Made by a program: the position numbers and the translations under genes. A stretch of 64,000 nucleotides of DNA. Origin: an uncultured bacterium (GTDB taxonomy: Bacteria > Patescibacteriota > Minisyncoccia > UBA6257 > GWB1-50-10). The notes under the pieces were generated by a model, which saw nothing but the letters and a program-made list of their open reading frames with translations, had not been told where the DNA came from and searched no databases. This document shows positions 1 to 9,969 of this stretch, one piece after another (within the stretch, counting starts at the first letter, position 1; the number at the start of each line of letters is the position of its first letter). The DNA lies in assembly GCA_903827975.1 (NCBI GenBank), contig CAIKKG010000024.1, positions 523 through 64,522 on the forward strand. Reading direction: 5' to 3'.

Positions 1-985
1 CTACGGTAACCACATCACCCATAGTAACCTGATCGGTATCCATAAGATTTGAAATAGGTACAACGATATGACGCTCGATTACGCGCTTGAGCTGTCTTGC
101 GCCATATTTCGCGTCGGTGCCCTCTGACAAAAGGAAATTGCGAGCAGCATCCGTATAATGAATTATGAAATTCTTTTCTATTGGGGCTTGAAAAATAATT
201 CGTTCCTGAACCTTCTTTAATTCAATATCAAGAATCTTTTCCATGTGACTTGGTAAAAGCGAGTGAAAAACAATTACTCTATCAAGTCGATTCATAAATT
301 CCGGTGAGAAGTGATGGCTTGCCGCAGTCTTTGCGGTTTTATAAATCTTCTTATCCAGCTCCACACCGTCTTCTTTTATTCCTGGATGAAAGCCAATACC
401 CCCACCAGTTAATTCGGACATCTCACGCGAGGCAAGGTTTGATGTAAAAAATATCATGGTCTCAGTAAAGTCCACAAAATTTCCATCTCCGAGAGTTAGA
501 GTTCCCTCATCAAGAACGCCCAAGAGAAGTTCCCATAGCGCGCCAGATGCTTTTTCAATCTCATCAAACAATACCAATGATATTTTTGTTTCTTCTGTAT
601 GGTAAAGCTTCAGCCGTTCATTTGTAATCCGAGGTTTTCTATCTGAGCCAACATACCCCGGAGGTGAGCCGAGAAGTTTACTTATCTCGTGGCTACGCTG
701 AAACTCTGCACAATCGATTTTAAGAACCGCGCCAGGATTTTCGAAAAGCACATCAGCAACTGAACGCACAAGATGCGTCTTACCCGCACCAGTTGGGCCT
801 AGTAAAAGGAAACTTGCAATCGGCTTCTCATAAGAACAAAGTCCTGAGCGCCACGTCTGCAGCGCCCTTGAAACCGTTCGGATGGCCCTAGCCTGTCCGA
901 TTACACGGGATTTAAGCTCATGCTCAAATTCCATTGACCACGAACTTAAAAGAGTTGGATTGAGCCTAACGGTTTTCTTATCCAC
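1..985 (-). CDS. Stand-alone ClpA/ClpB D2-type AAA+ ATPase (runs off the window's left edge; not in the ORF track)
   Basis: Manual translation from GTG at 985 (SD AGGGGG): MDKKTVRLNP...VIGQARAI...LLGPTGAGKT (Walker A)...LLGSPPGYVG (pore loop)...VLFDEIEKA (Walker B)...FSPEFMNRLD...YGARQLKRVIE. Confidence 0.85.
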   Translation of the reverse strand, partial: MDKKTVRLNPTLLSSWSMEFEHELKSRVIGQARAIRTVSRALQTWRSGLCSYEKPIASFLLLGPTGAGKTHLVRSVADVLFENPGAVLKIDCAEFQRSHEISKLLGSPPGYVGSDRKPRITNERLKLYHTEETKISLVLFDEIEKASGALWELLLGVLDEGTLTLGDGNFVDFTETMIFFTSNLASREMSELTGGGIGFHPGIKEDGVELDKKIYKTAKTAASHHFSPEFMNRLDRVIVFHSLLPSHMEKILDIELKKVQERIIFQAPIEKNFIIHYTDAARNFLLSEGTDAKYGARQLKRVIERHIVVPISNLMDTDQVTMGDVVTV

Positions 986-1077
986 GCACACCCCCTTTGG
1001 TTAGATTATTAATTAGAATTTTCTAGGATTTTAAGTTGTTAATATGTATTCTCCTTGAAAACACTGATGCTAATTGC

Positions 1078-1107
1078 AGTGTACTTAAATTCTGATTATG
1101 GTGTCAA
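1078..1107 (-). promoter_or_regulatory. sigma70-like promoter of the ClpB-D2 gene
   Basis: TTGACA-18nt-TACACT on the minus strand. Confidence 0.6.
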
Positions 1108-1189
1108 TTAATTGGTATTTCAGCAGGTTTGGTTTTTCCAAAATGATTGTAATGAGCCATAAAATCCTCTATTCTTTATTTTGTAATTT

Positions 1190-1276
1190 GGAGGGGTGGC
1201 TGAGTGGTCGAAGGCACACGACTCGAAATCGTGCAGGGGAGAAATCCCCTCGAGAGTTCAAATCTCTCCCCCTCCG
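1190..1276 (+). tRNA. tRNA-Ser(CGA)
   Basis: GGAGGGG/CCCCTCC acceptor stem, anticodon loop CT-CGA-AA, long variable arm GGGGAGAAATCCCC, GTTCAAATC T-loop. Confidence 0.95.
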
Positions 1277-1298
1277 CAAATATTTTTTGTTGTGATGT

Positions 1299-2366
1299 AT
1301 GCACTCTGTTACAATAAAAAGAATGAGACGAGAAAATTCCAGAATAGTTAAGACTGTTCGTAATGTGATGCCGGCCGTAGTTTCAATTGCTCTCACAAAG
1401 CCGTTAGACGAACTTAAAAAGGAGTTTGATGGTATAAAAAGAAAACCTAAAAATGCGAGGTTCTCAATTCCTGCGGAAAAAATTGATGCTCGTGGAATGG
1501 TTGATGTTGGTGGAGGTTCTGGCTTCATCGTTGATAAATCAGGAATCATACTCACAAATCGTCACGTGATTGATGAAGATGGCGTTGAATATTCTGTAAC
1601 GACTTCGGACGGTAGAAAGTTTAGCGCAAAATTATTAGCCCGTGATCCAGTTGATGATGTAGCAATACTTAAAATAGAATCTGAAAAGAAACTCCCATAT
1701 GTAGATTTGGGTGATTCGTCGGACATCGAACTCGGACAAAGAGCACTCGCATTCGGTAATGCTCTCGGAATATTTAAAGACACGGTTTCTATGGGAATTA
1801 TTTCCGGCCTCTCAAGAGCAGTATCTGCGCATGGCGACCCAAAGGCACCGATGCAGGAGATGAGGGGACTCATTCAGACAGATGCGGCAATTAATCCAGG
1901 TAACTCTGGTGGTCCACTCGTTACAATATACGGAGATGTAATAGGTATAAATGCAGCAATTGTTTCTGGTGCTGAAAATATCAGCTTTGCAATTCCAATT
2001 AACTCTGCAAAGCGCGATCTTAATGATTTAAAAAAATATGGTCGCATTCGTCGCCCGCTACTTGGGGTTCGTTATCTGATACTTAACGAGGACTTTAAAG
2101 AAAAAATGAATCTCTCTGTTTCATATGGCGCGCTTATCACGAAAGAGCATCCGATGGATATCGCGGTTGTTGAAGCGAGTCCCGCTGCAGATGCAGATCT
2201 TAGGGAGAATGATATTATCCTTTCCTGGAACAATGAGGACGTGGTGAGTAATAAAAGTATTCAGGACTTTTTAGAAAATTCTAATGTGGGCGACGTCATT
2301 AAACTATCGGTATTGCGTGGCGAGAAAATGTTAGATAAGGAGGTTACACTAACCGAGAGAAATTAA
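1299..2366 (+). CDS. htrA: HtrA/DegP-family serine protease with one PDZ domain
   Basis: GGGSGFIV, TNRHVI, DDVAILK, QTDAAINPGNSGGPL, C-terminal PDZ. Confidence 0.92.
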   Translation: MHSVTIKRMRRENSRIVKTVRNVMPAVVSIALTKPLDELKKEFDGIKRKPKNARFSIPAEKIDARGMVDVGGGSGFIVDKSGIILTNRHVIDEDGVEYSVTTSDGRKFSAKLLARDPVDDVAILKIESEKKLPYVDLGDSSDIELGQRALAFGNALGIFKDTVSMGIISGLSRAVSAHGDPKAPMQEMRGLIQTDAAINPGNSGGPLVTIYGDVIGINAAIVSGAENISFAIPINSAKRDLNDLKKYGRIRRPLLGVRYLILNEDFKEKMNLSVSYGALITKEHPMDIAVVEASPAADADLRENDIILSWNNEDVVSNKSIQDFLENSNVGDVIKLSVLRGEKMLDKEVTLTERN

Positions 2367-2376
2367 TACTGAAATC

Positions 2377-2400
2377 AAAAAACGCCGTTAGGCGTTTTTT
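2377..2400. terminator. Bidirectional intrinsic terminator
   Basis: AAAAAACGCC-gtta-GGCGTTTTTT between convergent genes. Confidence 0.85.
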
Positions 2401-2416
2401 GTTTGCTTATATTTTT

Positions 2417-3346
2417 TTAATATACATACTCATCGACCACCAACCCCTGCTTATCAAAAAGAATTATGCGGTCATGAGATGAATCAAATGTCATTGGCTC
2501 GGAGTTCCATGTTCTCCAATCATTAGAGAAAAATCCAGCATCTGTGCGGTGTTCGTTATAACAAGAAATATGATTTTGATTGCTTATTATAGTTCTACAC
2601 TCAGCCTCAACTAATCCACTTATTCTGTTTAATTCATCTGGCTTTGGTGTCACGCACGTACTTAGAGAGCGCACAAAATCCTGACACTTTCCACTTAAAA
2701 GAATTAATTTTGTGTAACTCGCAATCGGACACTCATTAGGCAGACTAGGACTTATTTTATATTTCTCGTTCAGATAACCAGTGCACTTATTTAATCTGAA
2801 GTTAGAGCCGAACGCACTATACCATCCATATACATAGACCCTCCCGCCAGCATCCAGCGTTATGTCAGATAACTGCATTGTTCCAAATACGCTTGGATTA
2901 TAATCTGGAATTGCCTGCGAAATAATAACTGAATTACCTTTGTTTCCGTGCACGCTCCATCCAGTTACATTGATTGGGCTCTTAATAGATTGGTCTGCAT
3001 ATATTGCGAACTGACCACCATCTGGCGGGTAAATATTTGAATTCGGACGAGAAAACGAATCGATGTGAACCTGCTTATAATATGGTGATAGCTGTTCAGC
3101 AGAAAATCCGATTGGTGGGGTCGGTGGGGCTGGTGGCGTCACTTGAGTTGTCTGATTGTTCTGCCCCTGACCAGAGGTTGTTGTCTGAGTACCGTTCGTG
3201 TTTGTACCTTGACTCGTAGTTCCTGAGCCTACACCACTAGGAAGTGTAAACATACTTTTTAGATTTACTCCCTTAAATACATTAAATAAAATAAATACTC
3301 CGAGGCCCACAATTAACAACCACAGAATTGCTGATCCTTTGCGCAT
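2417..3346 (-). CDS. Membrane-anchored secreted hypothetical protein (Thr/Gln/Pro linker, Cys-containing, lamin-tail-like domain possible)
   Basis: N-terminal TM helix, low-complexity linker, INVTGWSV...DRIILFDKQGLVVDEYVY, several Cys. Confidence 0.7.
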   Translation of the reverse strand: MRKGSAILWLLIVGLGVFILFNVFKGVNLKSMFTLPSGVGSGTTSQGTNTNGTQTTTSGQGQNNQTTQVTPPAPPTPPIGFSAEQLSPYYKQVHIDSFSRPNSNIYPPDGGQFAIYADQSIKSPINVTGWSVHGNKGNSVIISQAIPDYNPSVFGTMQLSDITLDAGGRVYVYGWYSAFGSNFRLNKCTGYLNEKYKISPSLPNECPIASYTKLILLSGKCQDFVRSLSTCVTPKPDELNRISGLVEAECRTIISNQNHISCYNEHRTDAGFFSNDWRTWNSEPMTFDSSHDRIILFDKQGLVVDEYVY

Positions 3347-3350
3347 ATAT

Positions 3351-5792
3351 TTATAGTACGAAATTTATTAGTCTATCTTCCACGAAAATAGTTTTCTTAA
3401 TCTCCTTACCATTAAGTATGCCACTAACAGTACTATTTTTCATTGCCTCTACTTTTGCATCGGCCTCTGAAATTCCAACTGGTACAGTAATTCTGGACTT
3501 AAATTTGCCATTAATCTGAACGACTAATTCAAATGTGTCTTCAACTGTCTTACTATGTTCAAAGGTTGGCCATTTTGAAATATGGATTGATTTTTTATTT
3601 CCTAGCTCGTACCAAAGTTCTTCTGTGATGTGTGGCGCAAATGGCGCAATTAGTTTAATCAAAACTTCAAACTCTTTTCGACTTAACCCTTTCTCTTCAA
3701 CTTTATTTAATAGAACCATTAGAGAACTTATCGCTGTATTGTACTGAAGGTTCTCAATATCACTTGTCACCTTCTTTATTGTCTGGTGCAAAATTCTCTC
3801 CCTGCTTTCATCTTTTGCTACTTTTTCTTTTTCAATAACACGTTGTCCCAATCTCCAAACACGATCTAAAAATCTCGTTATTCCAAGCATTCCTGCATCG
3901 CGAAAATCTCCACCCTGCTCAAATGGAGCTAGGAACATTAGATATGTGCGAAGAGTGTCCGCTCCGAATCTCTTTATATACTCGTCTGGATTAACTACAT
4001 TCCCTTTTGACTTAGACATCTTTGCTCCATCCTTAATCAAAAGTCCGTGAGCTCTGAATTTAGTGAATGGCTCCTCAAAATTAATTATTCCTATATCACT
4101 CAAAACCATTGTTATAAATCTTGAGTAAAGAAGATGAAGAACTGAGTGCTCAGCTCCACCAATATACTCATTTACTGGTAGCCATTTCTTTGTAATCGCG
4201 TCATCCCACGCAACTTTTTTGTTAGTCGCACTTGGGTATCGTAAAAAGTACCATGCTGAATCAAGGAATGTGTCTGACACGTCTGTCTCTCTGCGTGCTA
4301 CGCTTCCACAACGAGGACATTTTGCCGAGTGAAATGATTTAACCGAGGCGAGAGGTGACTCTCCGGTACCCTCTGGGCGAAATTCTTTTACATTAGGAAG
4401 TATTATAGGCAACTCTTTCTCAGGAACTGCAAACCAGCCGGGCATTCCCTTCTGCTCTCCAATACCACCGAATGCGCACTCCTCGCAAAATATCATTGGA
4501 ATTGGTGGGCTCCAGTAACGCTGACGAGAGACCAACCAGTCTCGAATACGAAACTGTATTTTTCTCTCACCCCCAACCAACTTAACAATCTCCCACATAG
4601 CGTCAGCACTTTTCATTCCGTTAAATTTTTCGGAATTTACAAGCGTTCCCTCTCCTGCGAATGACTCTGTTTGTGCCTCACCTGGTTTTAGACCGCCCCC
4701 ATCAATTACTACCTTAATTGGTATTTTAAACTTCTTGGCGAATGCAAAATCTCGCTCGTCGTGTGCGGGCACAGCCATAATTGCTCCAGTTCCGTATCCT
4801 GATAATACATAATCACTTATATATATTGGGATTCCATCTCCACTTGCGGGGTTAATTGCGAGAACTCCCTTAAGCTCAACACCGGTTTTTTCCTTGCTAC
4901 CCATTGCTCGCTCCTCTTCTGTTTTCTTAACTGTTAAATCAATATATTTTTTTACCTCTCCGAAATTTAGAATTTTCGTTTTCAGTTTCTGCACTAGTTC
5001 GTGCTCAGGAGCTAAGACAACATAAGTTGCTCCATATAACGTATCTGGTCGTGTTGTAAATACTTTTATTACCTGTGGGAAATCTGAAACTGCAAAATTA
5101 ATTTCTGCGCCTTCTGATTTTCCAATCCAGTTTTTTTGCGCGATCTTAACACGCTCTGACCAATCTAGATTCTCTAAATTATGTAAAAGACGATCAGCAT
5201 AATCAGTGATTCTGAAGAACCACTGCTCCAAATCTTTTTTTGGTGCAACGCTGCTACATCGCTCACACTTACTTGCTATTACCTGCTCATCAGCAAGAAC
5301 TGTTTTACAACTTGGGCACCAGTTTACCGATTGCTTCTTTCGATATGCGAGTCCGCGCTTCCACATCTGAACAAATAACCACTGAGTCCACTTATAATAT
5401 TCCGCGTCGTATGTCTCAACATGTTCATTCCACGCAAACCCATTTCCAAGTATCTCAAGTTGCTTATAAAATCTTTTTTCGGAAATTTTAGATTGTTTAA
5501 TAGGGTGCGTTCCTATTTTCATCGCATAATTTTCTGAGTGGATTCCAAATCCATCAAGTCCGATTGGTTCAAAAACATCATAACCGTTCATTCTCTTGAA
5601 TCGCCCGTAGATATCCGAACCAGTGAACGCATACATATTGCCAACATGTAAGCCTTCCGCCGAAGGATATGGGAACATCATGAGATTATAAAAAGGATTT
5701 TTTGCCTTTTTTAAATCTGGTTCATATATTCCATCCTTTAACCATTTCTTCTGCCACCTACTCTCGATTTTTGAAAACTCATACTTCTTCAT
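3351..5792 (-). CDS. leuS: Leucine--tRNA ligase
   Basis: MFPYPSAEGLHVGN (HIGH), FTTRPDT, GGAEHSVLHLLYSRF, KMSKS. Confidence 0.97.
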   Translation of the reverse strand: MKKYEFSKIESRWQKKWLKDGIYEPDLKKAKNPFYNLMMFPYPSAEGLHVGNMYAFTGSDIYGRFKRMNGYDVFEPIGLDGFGIHSENYAMKIGTHPIKQSKISEKRFYKQLEILGNGFAWNEHVETYDAEYYKWTQWLFVQMWKRGLAYRKKQSVNWCPSCKTVLADEQVIASKCERCSSVAPKKDLEQWFFRITDYADRLLHNLENLDWSERVKIAQKNWIGKSEGAEINFAVSDFPQVIKVFTTRPDTLYGATYVVLAPEHELVQKLKTKILNFGEVKKYIDLTVKKTEEERAMGSKEKTGVELKGVLAINPASGDGIPIYISDYVLSGYGTGAIMAVPAHDERDFAFAKKFKIPIKVVIDGGGLKPGEAQTESFAGEGTLVNSEKFNGMKSADAMWEIVKLVGGERKIQFRIRDWLVSRQRYWSPPIPMIFCEECAFGGIGEQKGMPGWFAVPEKELPIILPNVKEFRPEGTGESPLASVKSFHSAKCPRCGSVARRETDVSDTFLDSAWYFLRYPSATNKKVAWDDAITKKWLPVNEYIGGAEHSVLHLLYSRFITMVLSDIGIINFEEPFTKFRAHGLLIKDGAKMSKSKGNVVNPDEYIKRFGADTLRTYLMFLAPFEQGGDFRDAGMLGITRFLDRVWRLGQRVIEKEKVAKDESRERILHQTIKKVTSDIENLQYNTAISSLMVLLNKVEEKGLSRKEFEVLIKLIAPFAPHITEELWYELGNKKSIHISKWPTFEHSKTVEDTFELVVQINGKFKSRITVPVGISEADAKVEAMKNSTVSGILNGKEIKKTIFVEDRLINFVL

Positions 5793-5834
5793 ATTGTTTA
5801 TTGTACTTCAAAAAATGCTACTTCTACAAATATT

Positions 5835-5862
5835 AAAAACCGCCCTAATATTGGGCGGTTTT
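5835..5862. terminator. Intrinsic terminator after hppA
   Basis: AAAAACCGCCC-taatatt-GGGCGGTTTTT. Confidence 0.85.
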
Positions 5863-5874
5863 TAATAACTTCGC

Positions 5875-8271
5875 TTAGTTTGTTTTAATGCGCATTCCGT
5901 AAAATGAACGCCAAACGAATACGAGTGATATTACAAAGAATATTGCTGATAGAATTAGGCTTGTCGTGCGAGGAAGTGTTATCGCAAGCTCAACCGCTAA
6001 AAGTCCGAAAAGTGTTGTGAACTTAATAATCGGATTCATCGCAACAGATGAGGTGTCCTTAAATGGATCGCCAACTGTATCTCCAACAACAGTTGCGGCG
6101 TGTAGCGGAGTATTCTTCTGCCTAAGCTCTGTCTCAACGAGTTTCTTCGCATTATCCCAAGCACCACCTGCGTTTGCCATGAAGATTGCCTGGTATAGAC
6201 CGAAAAGCGCAATAGAGATTAGATATCCAATAAAGAAGTATGGCTCTAGTGATGCAAATGCAAGTGTACTAAAGAATACAACTAAGAAAATATTGAACAT
6301 TCCTTTCTGAGCAAACTTTGTGCAGATCTCAACAACTTTTTTAGAATCCTCAATAGATGCCTTTTCTAAATTATCATCGAGTTTTATTTTTGCCTTAATG
6401 AATTCAACAGCGCGATAGGCTCCTGTAACAACAGCCTGAATTGATGCTCCAGAGAACCAATAAATTACAGCGCCACCAGTTATGAGACCAAGAAGAAATG
6501 GTGGATGGAGAATAGAAAGATTACTCACCAAGTCTGGCCTTAGACCCTTTGTCAAAACCATAATAATAGAAAAAATAAGTGTCGTGGCTCCAACAACAGC
6601 GGTTCCAATTAATACGGGCTTTGCTGTTGCTTTAAACGTATTGCCAGCACCATCATTTTCTTCCAAAAACTCTTTTGCTTTTTCAAACTCTGGTTCAAAT
6701 CCAAACTCCTTTTTAATCTCTGCACTGATGTTTGGAAGCGTTTCAATTGTTGATAGTTCATAGACTGATTGTGCGTTGTCCGTTACTGGACCGTACGAAT
6801 CTACAGCAATTGTAATTGGCCCAAGTCCCAAAAATCCAAAGGCCACAAGTCCAAATGCGAATACCGCAGGAGCAATCATAATGCTTCCAAGTCCCATGGT
6901 ACTTATTCCATAAGCGATTGCCATGAGTGCTGTGATTGTTAGGCCAGTCCAGTACGCACTGAAATTACCAGCAACCAATCCTGACAAAACATTAAGAGAT
7001 GCCCCACCCTCTCGTGATGCAGAAATAATCTCATCCACGTGCTTTGATTTTGTTGATGTGAATACTTTTACTAACTCAGGAATAAGTGCTCCGGCAAGTG
7101 TTCCACAACTTATTATTGAGGTGAGTTTCCACCATAATGTTCCGTCTCCAAGTGAGGGGATTAAGAAGTATGAGACCAAAAATGTAACACCAATAGAAAT
7201 AACAGACATAATCCATACCAATGTAGTAAGTGGAACTTCAAAATTCATCTTGTCTGCATTTTTAAAACGTGAATATGTGATACTCTCGTTTATTGCGTAA
7301 GAGATTACACTCGTTACAACCATCATAATGCGCATAGCAAATATCCAAACAAGTAGCTGTGTCTGCACGAGTGCTGCTCCTACAGCCAATAGTATGAATG
7401 TGATTAATGCAACGCCAGTTACTCCATACGTTTCAAATCCGTCCGCTGTCGGACCAACTGAATCACCAGCATTATCACCAACACAGTCTGCAATAACACC
7501 AGGGTTGCGCGCATCGTCCTCTTTAATTCCAAAAATAATCTTCATGAGGTCCGCACCAATATCTGCAATTTTTGTAAATATTCCTCCTGCAACACGAAGT
7601 GCTGCTGCACCAAGCGATTCACCTATTGCAAACCCTATAAGACATGAGCCGGCGAATTCTCCAGGAACAAAAAGTAGAATTGCTAACATCAAAAATAATT
7701 CGACACTTATTAGAAGCGTACCAACACTCATTCCAGCTTGAAGTGGAATCTGGCATGTTGGGAGTGGCTTACCTCTAAGTCCCGCGAATGCCGTGCGTGA
7801 ATTTGCAAACGTATTAATGCGAATTCCAAACCACGCTACTCCGTAACTTCCCAAAATACCGATGACACTGAACAAGAGAATTGTTAAAACGCGTAAAGCC
7901 TCAAAATGTCTAAGATATCCGAAATAAGCAACAATGATTATTCCGATAAAAGCCTCCAAAATCATAAGAAACTTTCCCTGTGTAATAAGATATGTTTTGC
8001 ATGTCTCATAAATAAGCTCTGAAATTTCTTTCATTGCTTTATGTACCGGAAGCTTCTTAACACGGGTAAACATTACCAAACCAAATAACATTCCAAGAGC
8101 GGAGACTAACATACCCCACAGCAAAAGCGTGTGACCATCTATACCCCACATAAATGTCGCTGACCTAAAATCTGGCAAAATAAGTTCCGCTTCACTTGCG
8201 TGTGCAACAGGAACCATAATTACTGCGATTGCTGATACTACTGATGTGATAGCTGCTAATAATTTACTCAT
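5875..8271 (-). CDS. hppA: Membrane-bound H+/Na+-translocating pyrophosphatase (divergent type)
   Basis: GGIFTKIADIGADL, EDDARNPGVIADCVGDNAGD, YGPVTDNA, GNTFKA, NAGGAWDNAKK, GDTVGDPFKDTS; many TM helices. Confidence 0.95.
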   Translation of the reverse strand: MSKLLAAITSVVSAIAVIMVPVAHASEAELILPDFRSATFMWGIDGHTLLLWGMLVSALGMLFGLVMFTRVKKLPVHKAMKEISELIYETCKTYLITQGKFLMILEAFIGIIIVAYFGYLRHFEALRVLTILLFSVIGILGSYGVAWFGIRINTFANSRTAFAGLRGKPLPTCQIPLQAGMSVGTLLISVELFLMLAILLFVPGEFAGSCLIGFAIGESLGAAALRVAGGIFTKIADIGADLMKIIFGIKEDDARNPGVIADCVGDNAGDSVGPTADGFETYGVTGVALITFILLAVGAALVQTQLLVWIFAMRIMMVVTSVISYAINESITYSRFKNADKMNFEVPLTTLVWIMSVISIGVTFLVSYFLIPSLGDGTLWWKLTSIISCGTLAGALIPELVKVFTSTKSKHVDEIISASREGGASLNVLSGLVAGNFSAYWTGLTITALMAIAYGISTMGLGSIMIAPAVFAFGLVAFGFLGLGPITIAVDSYGPVTDNAQSVYELSTIETLPNISAEIKKEFGFEPEFEKAKEFLEENDGAGNTFKATAKPVLIGTAVVGATTLIFSIIMVLTKGLRPDLVSNLSILHPPFLLGLITGGAVIYWFSGASIQAVVTGAYRAVEFIKAKIKLDDNLEKASIEDSKKVVEICTKFAQKGMFNIFLVVFFSTLAFASLEPYFFIGYLISIALFGLYQAIFMANAGGAWDNAKKLVETELRQKNTPLHAATVVGDTVGDPFKDTSSVAMNPIIKFTTLFGLLAVELAITLPRTTSLILSAIFFVISLVFVWRSFYGMRIKTN

Positions 8272-8303
8272 GGTGTTTGTATATTAGTTATTCGATTATT
8301 TTT

Positions 8304-9515
8304 TTATTCTTTTACTTCTTCTTCACTAGAAACAATTGCTGCAACCCCACCATCCTGAGCCTCATCTGGATTTGATTGTGAACGAACATCAATCTTCCAT
8401 CCAGTAAGCTTTGCTGCAAGTCTTACATTCTGCCCACCCTTTCCGATTGCTAGTGATAGTTGATCCTCCGGTACAAGTATTCTTGCTTCGTGATGACCAA
8501 GTATCTCAACTAGTTTTGTTTTTGCTGGAGATATTGCGTTAGCAATAAATTTTGCAGGATCATCTGACCACTCAATAATATCTATTTTTTCATTACCAAG
8601 CTCATTTGTTACCGCCATTACTCTTGTGCCACGCTGTCCAACAGCAGATCCAACTGGATCAACACCCTCTTCTTTTGAAGACACCGCTATCTTACTTCTA
8701 CTACCTGGCTCACGAGCAACTTGTTTTATTTCAACAATTCCTTCTGCAATTTCAGGGACCTCAAGCTCAAATAATTTTGAAACAAATTTTGAGTGTGAAC
8801 GAGATAGAACAATTCCCGGATGTCGTACGTCCTGCTGAACCGTAGCAACATAAAATCTCATTCGCTCGCCAACGCGATAATGCTCTCCCTGGATTCCGTC
8901 TCCTTGAAACATGACTCCGATTGCGCGACCAAGGTCCACATAAACATTTCCTCGATCAAAGCGCTGTATTATTCCACTGACTATCTCTCCCTGTCTGCCA
9001 GCAAATTCTTCCTGTACAGATGCACGTTCTGCATCGCGGATATTTTGTAATACAACTTGCTTTGCTGTCTGTGCTGCAATTCTTCCAAAATCAGAATGAG
9101 ACTCTAAAGGAAATTCTAACTCCTCTCCGATTTCTGCATCTTTTTTAATATCTTTTGCTTCCTCTAAAAATATGTGGCGGTCTGCGTTATATCTAGGAAG
9201 TAATTCTCCCTCGTCTTCTGGCTCCTCTCTTTTTTCAAATCTTGCGCGTGGTGCTTCTTTTGTTTCTGTTTCTGTAACTTCTTCCTCCTCAATAATTCGA
9301 ACTTGCTCTGGATCAACAACTGTTTTTACCTGCCAAAATTTTAATCCACCCGTCTTTGAATCAAATTTTGCACGAATAACCTCTCCGCGCTTTCTGTATT
9401 CTTTTTTATATGCGGCTGCAATTGCGGCCTCGATTGCGCTAAAAACTTTCTCCGGAGAAATTCCTTTCTCGGTTGCAATCTGCTGAACTGCTGCGCCCAA
9501 TTCTTTTATATTCAT
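8304..9515 (-). CDS. nusA: Transcription termination/antitermination factor NusA
   Basis: FGRIAAQTAKQV, S1 domain, AREPGSRSKIAV, LSLAIGKGGQNVRLAAKLTGWKIDV. Confidence 0.97.
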   Translation of the reverse strand: MNIKELGAAVQQIATEKGISPEKVFSAIEAAIAAAYKKEYRKRGEVIRAKFDSKTGGLKFWQVKTVVDPEQVRIIEEEEVTETETKEAPRARFEKREEPEDEGELLPRYNADRHIFLEEAKDIKKDAEIGEELEFPLESHSDFGRIAAQTAKQVVLQNIRDAERASVQEEFAGRQGEIVSGIIQRFDRGNVYVDLGRAIGVMFQGDGIQGEHYRVGERMRFYVATVQQDVRHPGIVLSRSHSKFVSKLFELEVPEIAEGIVEIKQVAREPGSRSKIAVSSKEEGVDPVGSAVGQRGTRVMAVTNELGNEKIDIIEWSDDPAKFIANAISPAKTKLVEILGHHEARILVPEDQLSLAIGKGGQNVRLAAKLTGWKIDVRSQSNPDEAQDGGVAAIVSSEEEVKE

Positions 9516-9619
9516 TTTTGTTTAAAATTTTATCCGCTCTTATTGAGCGGACTTTGACCTTCGAATATAGTATAACACATATATATTTAGGTGCAAGGCG
9601 ATATTGACATACCAAAAAG

Positions 9620-9648
9620 AAAAAGCCCCGCAATATACGGGGCTTTAA
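9620..9648 (-). terminator. Intrinsic terminator of the orphan cassette
   Basis: AAAGCCCCG-tatattg-CGGGGCTTTTCTTTTT on the minus strand. Confidence 0.8.
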
Positions 9649-9649
9649 T

Positions 9650-9949
9650 TTATAATAGTAACCTCTCCCAGTCACCAGAAATATATTCACGCGCCTCAAC
9701 ATTAAAGGCGTCAATCAGATAATTCCCCTCAGCCTCAAAAACGCATTTCCTCCTCTTTTTTACTATGACCCAGCACCAACCGCTCATTCCGGATGCGGAT
9801 GCAATCTTGGTCTCAATTCTAATACCCCTACCCACAAACTTCATGTGTTTAAACATGAAAAAGTTATGCGAGTCGATCTGGACCACAGAACCGTTTTTCT
9901 TTACGAAAAGAATTACCTTATTGACCACCTCTTCGAATGTGAATGGCAT
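9650..9949 (-). CDS. Hypothetical protein (orphan cassette, gene 2)
   Basis: ORF with SD GAGGTG just before ATG at 9949; terminator directly after. Confidence 0.7.
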   Translation of the reverse strand: MPFTFEEVVNKVILFVKKNGSVVQIDSHNFFMFKHMKFVGRGIRIETKIASASGMSGWCWVIVKKRRKCVFEAEGNYLIDAFNVEAREYISGDWERLLL

Positions 9950-9969
9950 CGTACACCTCACTATAGTGG

